Source of the DNA: Candidatus Vampirococcus lugosii
Lineage (GTDB): Bacteria > Patescibacteriota > Gracilibacteria > Absconditabacterales > Absconditicoccaceae
NCBI RefSeq assembly: GCF_018420025.1
Contig: NZ_JAEDAM010000010.1
Span: 1 to 21,222, forward strand
Length of the DNA: 21,222 bases
Direction: 5' to 3'
The position numbers and the translations under genes were made by a program. Below are positions 17,768 through 21,222 of this stretch, piece by piece. The notes below the pieces were generated by a model, which did not search any database, was not told where the DNA came from, and worked only from the letters and a program-made list of their open reading frames with translations. The first letter of the stretch is position 1, and each line of letters begins with the position of its first letter.

Positions 17768-19681
17768 ATGAAAATAAAAATAAAATTTATTTTATCATTG
17801 ATATTAATTTCTCCTATGTTTTCCAATTCTTTTTCTTTAAAAGAATATTACGAAGATGAAACAAAAGATTATGATCAAGATTCTTTGCTTGAAGATCATA
17901 ATGAAAGTTCTTTTTTATGAAATATTTATACAAATTCACATAATTTGGTGAGAGAAACAAAATTAAAATCTGAAAAAGATAGTTTTTCATATGTTGTTGA
18001 TTATCTTTCTGATATGTATTCTTGTAGTGTATCTGAAGATGATATTTATAATATTTATTCTGTGTCTAATCCTTCTTTTGTTTATATTCAATCTTGAATG
18101 GATCCAGATTCTCAAATAAGTACTGATAAAGATGATTTTATAGAATCTTGTAAAAATGTAGTTAGGTGTTTCGGTGACAATAATGTGGATGCTATTGAAT
18201 GATATACTCAATCCACTAGAAATTTATGTACTAGTAAAGTAAATAGTATAGTTAATTCTTCACAAGATAATATAAGTAAAAATGAATCTATAAAATATGA
18301 TAATTCTTGATCCGATATGTTTATGAATTGAAGTTTGGAAAATAGTCCTTTTGATTTATTAGTTGATATAAAAAATATATGAGACACTCTTTTTGAAGAT
18401 AATGAAGAACCAGAAGAAATTAATTTTTATGAAACTGATTCTTGATGAAATTCAGATTGATCATCTTGATGAGATCAAACTTTATTAAATAAAACTTTAT
18501 TAACTCAAAATTTATGAAATAAAACTTGATTAAATTCTGGTTTATTGACTACTAATTTGTTAAATTCAAATTTATTAGCTTTAAATTCATTAAATTGAGA
18601 TTGAGAAAATCAAATTCCTAATGATTCTGTTTCAAATGGTTTAATAAATAATTTTGTTTGTAATGAAAATATTGATATAGTTAACCCAGAACAAATTTAT
18701 GAACAAACTAATAAAGATATAAATCAAAATTTAGAAGATATATCAAATGCACATGATGATCTCGTATCACAACTAACACAAAATGTACCAAGTAATGATA
18801 TAGATTTTGCATCAGACTGATCAGCTCAAGCTCTTGATAATTTTTTATGAAATCAATTTGAAGAACAATGATATGCAATTACTAATCCTGGTTGATGAAA
18901 TTGAACTTGAGATTTAACTTGAACATCTCCATCTCCTATTGATGGAATTGATCATAATAGTTTTGTTTCAAAGATAGGTTGAATGTGATTAACTGATTGT
19001 ATTAATGCATGAGATAAAGATAGTATATTTTGGATAAGAGTTTGTATGGTATATACAGAAACTACTTGAATAGTTGATCAAAAAACTATTATGGCAAGTG
19101 AAGAAGCAGTAGATGAAATTAATAATGTTTTATTAAATTTGAAAAGGACCTGATCTATTATGAAACATAAAAAAACTGATGAAATGCGGGAAATTGGTCT
19201 ACAAGATATAGAATTTAGTAAAATATTTGCTTTTGATTTAGTGTTAAAAACTAAACCAACATTTCCTTGAGATGGAAAATATAAAGAAGAAGCAAGAATA
19301 GCAGTTATTGAAGAAAAAAATAAAGAGTTTGAAAAAAAAATATTGAAATTATCAGAAAGTCCTGATCTTAAATCAGAAAAAAATAAATATTTAGTAAGAG
19401 CAAATCCAGCAAGGATGGAATGAGAAACTAGAGCTTGATGAGATACTTCAAATAGACAATGAAATATTGATTATTTGTCTTCTTCTCAAGAAGATATGAA
19501 ATTAGATCATGAAAAAGTATCATCAAATGAAAATGAATCTTCTATGTATGAGTATATGGATATTTTCCATTGATTTATAGAATTTAATCATGATTACTGG
19601 GAACAAAAAAATACAACTTTACATTCAATTGAAGATATATCTAGATGATTTAAAGAAAGAGTTGTTAGTTGAGGTTGATAA
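17768..19681 (+). CDS. Secreted protein of unknown function with a Leu/Asn pentad array (637 aa)
   Basis: The mod 3 = 2 frame runs ATG 17768 to TAA 19679-19681, checked codon by codon. The signal peptide is MKIKIKFILSLILISPMFSNSFS/LKEYY. The gap to the previous gene is 26 nt. Confidence 0.78.
18479..18598 (+). repeat. Eight imperfect 15-bp (pentapeptide) units
   Basis: In-frame reading of 18479-18598 gives TLLNK TLLTQ NLGNK TGLNS GLLTT NLLNS NLLAL NSLNG. The period is 15 nt and Leu sits at fixed positions. Confidence 0.5.
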
Positions 19682-19763
19682 AATAATTATAGAAAAATTT
19701 GTATTATTTAGTATATATGATATACTATATATAAATTTTATTTATTATATGTTTATTATAAAA

Positions 19764-20069
19764 ATGAAAAAAGAAGATAAATTTAAAATAGAAAAATCTT
19801 TATTCTTAAAACAAGAAACTAAAGATAAATTGATTAATAATTGGGAAAAATTAGACTCTTTTACAAAATATAAAATATTAAAAAAAGTAAAAGAATCTTC
19901 AGATTTGGAACATAAGTTATTTAATGATTTTTTTGAAAAAAATAAAGAGCCAGAAATTTTAATAAAACAGAAATTAAATAAAATAAAACAAAATCAAGTA
20001 AGAAAAATAGAAGAAATAAGTAGTTTAAATGCAGATTTAGAAATAGAAGATAAATTAAATAATATTTAA
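19764..20069 (+). CDS. Small Lys/Glu-rich protein with no signal peptide (101 aa)
   Basis: The mod 3 = 0 frame runs ATG 19764 (alternative 19749) to TAA 20067-20069. It reads MKKEDKFKIEKSLFLKQETKDKLINNWEKLDSF...ADLEIEDKLNNI. This is the 3' part of track ORF 19590..20069; the track's 5' extension overlaps the previous gene and looks spurious. It contains no TGA and no Gly codon. Confidence 0.6.
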   Translation: MKKEDKFKIEKSLFLKQETKDKLINNWEKLDSFTKYKILKKVKESSDLEHKLFNDFFEKNKEPEILIKQKLNKIKQNQVRKIEEISSLNADLEIEDKLNNI

Positions 20070-20089
20070 TATTTAAATTTAATATAAAT

Positions 20090-21016
20090 ATGTGATTTTG
20101 ATGATTGAGAGAAGAAATTAGAAGTAGCTTTGGTCTTGATGAACAAGAAGAAATTAAAAACAATGAAGAAAAAGAAAATTGACAAGAAAAAAATGAAGAA
20201 ATTGATTATTTTGACTTGCCAGAAGAGGTAAGAGAAGAACTTGCTAATGATTTTTTTGAAAATGTAAAAGATAAAATACAAGCATCTCAAGATGATATTA
20301 AAAAATTTGCAGAAGAGGAAGCATGATTGTTTTGATTATGAGAACAAAAAATAATAAATGAAATGAATCAAGAGATAATGGATTTTGTAGTACAAACTAT
20401 TTCTTGAGAATGATTTGATTCATATCAACTTAAAAATTCTTTATCTATAGATGATTATTTAAATAATTTAGATCAAGGTATACAAGAATTAATAGAAACT
20501 GGTTCCAAAAGTGATTTTGAAATATCAGATAATCTTAAAAATGAAATTAGAAATTATTTATGATGAGATAGTATTGATATTTCAATAAATGAAGCATTAA
20601 ATTCATGAAATGTGGAATGATTAGATGAATTACAATTTTCTAAATCTAATATAGAAGAGTCTTCTAATTTAATTTTTGAAAATATAAAAGATAAAATACA
20701 AGCATCTCAAGATGATATTAAAAAATTTGCAGAAGAAAATGCATGAATGTTTTGAGCATGAAAAGAAAAAATAGCAGATGAAATGAATCAAGAGATAATG
20801 GATTTTGTAATGCAAACTATTTCTTGAGAATGATTTGATTCATATCAACTTAAAAATTTTAAAAATATAGATGATTATTTAAATAATTTGGATAAAGGTA
20901 TACAAGAATTAATAGTATATGGGAATATAAATGATTTTAAAAATTGAGAATCTAAAAAAGAAGATGAAAAATGGGAAGAAGAATATTACTCATGAATTTT
21001 TAATCGTAATGAATAA
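20090..21016 (+). CDS. Acidic protein with an internal 140-aa tandem duplication and no signal peptide (308 aa)
   Basis: The mod 3 = 2 frame runs ATG 20090 to TAA 21014-21016 with TGA as Gly, checked codon by codon. It reads MGFGGLREEIRSSFGLDEQEE... and starts 20 nt after the previous stop. Confidence 0.7.
20253..20495 (+). repeat. Copy A of the intragenic duplication (period exactly 420 bp)
   Basis: 243 bp align without gaps to 20673-20915, with about 21 mismatches by hand count (about 91 percent identity). It encodes FENVKDKIQASQDDIKKFAEEEAGLFGLGEQKIINEMNQEIMDFVVQTISGEGFDSYQLKNSLSIDDYLNNLDQGIQELI. Confidence 0.9.
20673..20915 (+). repeat. Copy B of the intragenic duplication
   Basis: It encodes FENIKDKIQASQDDIKKFAEENAGMFGAGKEKIADEMNQEIMDFVMQTISGEGFDSYQLKNFKNIDDYLNNLDKGIQELI. 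The offset from copy A is exactly 420 nt, so the reading frame is preserved. Confidence 0.9.
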
Positions 21017-21059
21017 ATTTTAATATACATTAAACTCATCTTTGTAGAACAAAATTTCT

Positions 21060-21084
21060 AAATCCTTGATTTAGACAAGGATTT
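21060..21084 (+). terminator. First hairpin after the cluster (9-bp stem)
   Basis: aaatccttg (21060-21068) pairs with caaggattt (21076-21084) around a 7-nt loop. There is no clean U-tract, so this may be only an accessory structure. Confidence 0.35.
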
Positions 21085-21094
21085 GCAAGAAAAT

Positions 21095-21134
21095 AAAAAT
21101 AGATTTGTGTACTACACAAATCTATTTTTATTTT
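21095..21134 (+). terminator. Rho-independent terminator, possibly bidirectional
   Basis: A perfect stem of about 16 bp pairs aaaaatagatttgtgt (21095-21110) with acacaaatctattttt (21114-21129) around a 3-nt loop, followed by atttt. It has an A-run on the 5' side and a T-run on the 3' side. It is the only strong hairpin found downstream of the whole gene cluster. Confidence 0.7.
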
Positions 21135-21222
21135 AAATAATTTTTCTTGAAGCTCATTTATTTGTTATACTTTATTTATTCTCAACAAGTAAGTAATATC
21201 AAATTATTTATTTAATTTTATT

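Noticed and set aside
19590-19763. The 5' extension of track ORF 19590..20069 (MITGNKKIQLYIQ...)
   Set aside because: It overlaps the last 92 nt of the verified 637-aa gene and then runs through the AT-rich gap, giving an Ile/Tyr/Phe-rich nonsense-like translation. An internal ATG at 19764 (or 19749) gives a sensible start after the upstream stop.
14503-20290. Minus-strand track ORFs 14503, 15151, 17987, 19921 and 20066
   Set aside because: All are antisense to verified plus-strand genes, are 60-80 aa, are Ile/Phe/Leu/Ser/Asn low-complexity, and have no independent signals.
20253-20915. The two 243-bp copies considered as a template/variable repeat pair of a diversity-generating retroelement
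   Set aside because: The mismatches are not adenine-specific; g/a, t/a, t/c and c/g changes occur in both directions. No reverse transcriptase gene is present in the window, and both copies are in frame in the same gene.
1266-21016. TGA as selenocysteine
   Set aside because: Hundreds of in-frame TGA codons occur, including runs of four in a row, with no room for SECIS elements. This is incompatible with Sec insertion.
1-21222. TGA read as tryptophan (translation table 4, Mycoplasma/Spiroplasma-like), which also opens all the frames in this AT-rich DNA
   Set aside because: TGA falls on the obligatory Gly positions of FG-GAP/VCBS loops (DxNGDGxxD). It would turn the 15-bp repeat into NWWWW x10. 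It reaches up to about 25 percent of codons locally (22 of 120 codons over 3301-3660). Conserved Trp sites use TGG. A final decision still needs Codetta and tRNA evidence.
21135-21222. A possible convergent minus-strand gene ending near the right edge, using the terminator bidirectionally
   Set aside because: All three minus-strand frames in the last 88 nt contain TAA stops, and only a 9-codon ORF is present. Nothing can be supported from this window.

Overview
This AT-rich window cannot be read with the standard genetic code. The supplied six-frame track has no ORF longer than 159 aa. If TGA is read as a sense codon, the plus strand resolves into a tightly packed same-strand gene cluster. 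Sequence context indicates that TGA encodes glycine, i.e. translation table 25 as used by Gracilibacteria and Absconditabacteria/SR1 (CPR/Patescibacteria). The evidence is that TGA occupies the invariant Gly positions of FG-GAP/VCBS calcium-loop motifs and spells a perfect (NGGGG)x10 linker, while conserved Trp positions use TGG.

Contents from 5' to 3':
- A possible minus-strand gene start at the left edge (1-72).
- An 805-bp decayed IS4-like element (195-999) with 19/20-matching terminal inverted repeats and only the C-terminal YREK part of its transposase.
- A promoter-like region with a duplicated 17-bp box (1154-1221).
- A giant gene of about 12.9 kb and about 4,300 codons (1266-14205). 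It encodes an acidic, Cys-containing, signal-anchored protein and is interrupted by a +1 frame change at a T7 run (1761-1767).
- Four consecutive genes for signal-peptide or signal-anchor proteins of unknown function (14236-19681), separated by AT-only gaps of 26-30 nt.
- Two genes for acidic, apparently cytoplasmic proteins (19764-21016).
- A strong hairpin terminator (21095-21134).

I recognised no ATPase motif, no catalytic motif (apart from a weak, untested resemblance of the giant protein's N-terminus to the non-catalytic part of peptidase C25) and no RNA gene. The cluster is best described as a candidate multi-component cell-surface (attachment or host-interaction) module of unknown type. 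All translations were done by hand from the sequence. No database search was run, so all family assignments are motif-level.
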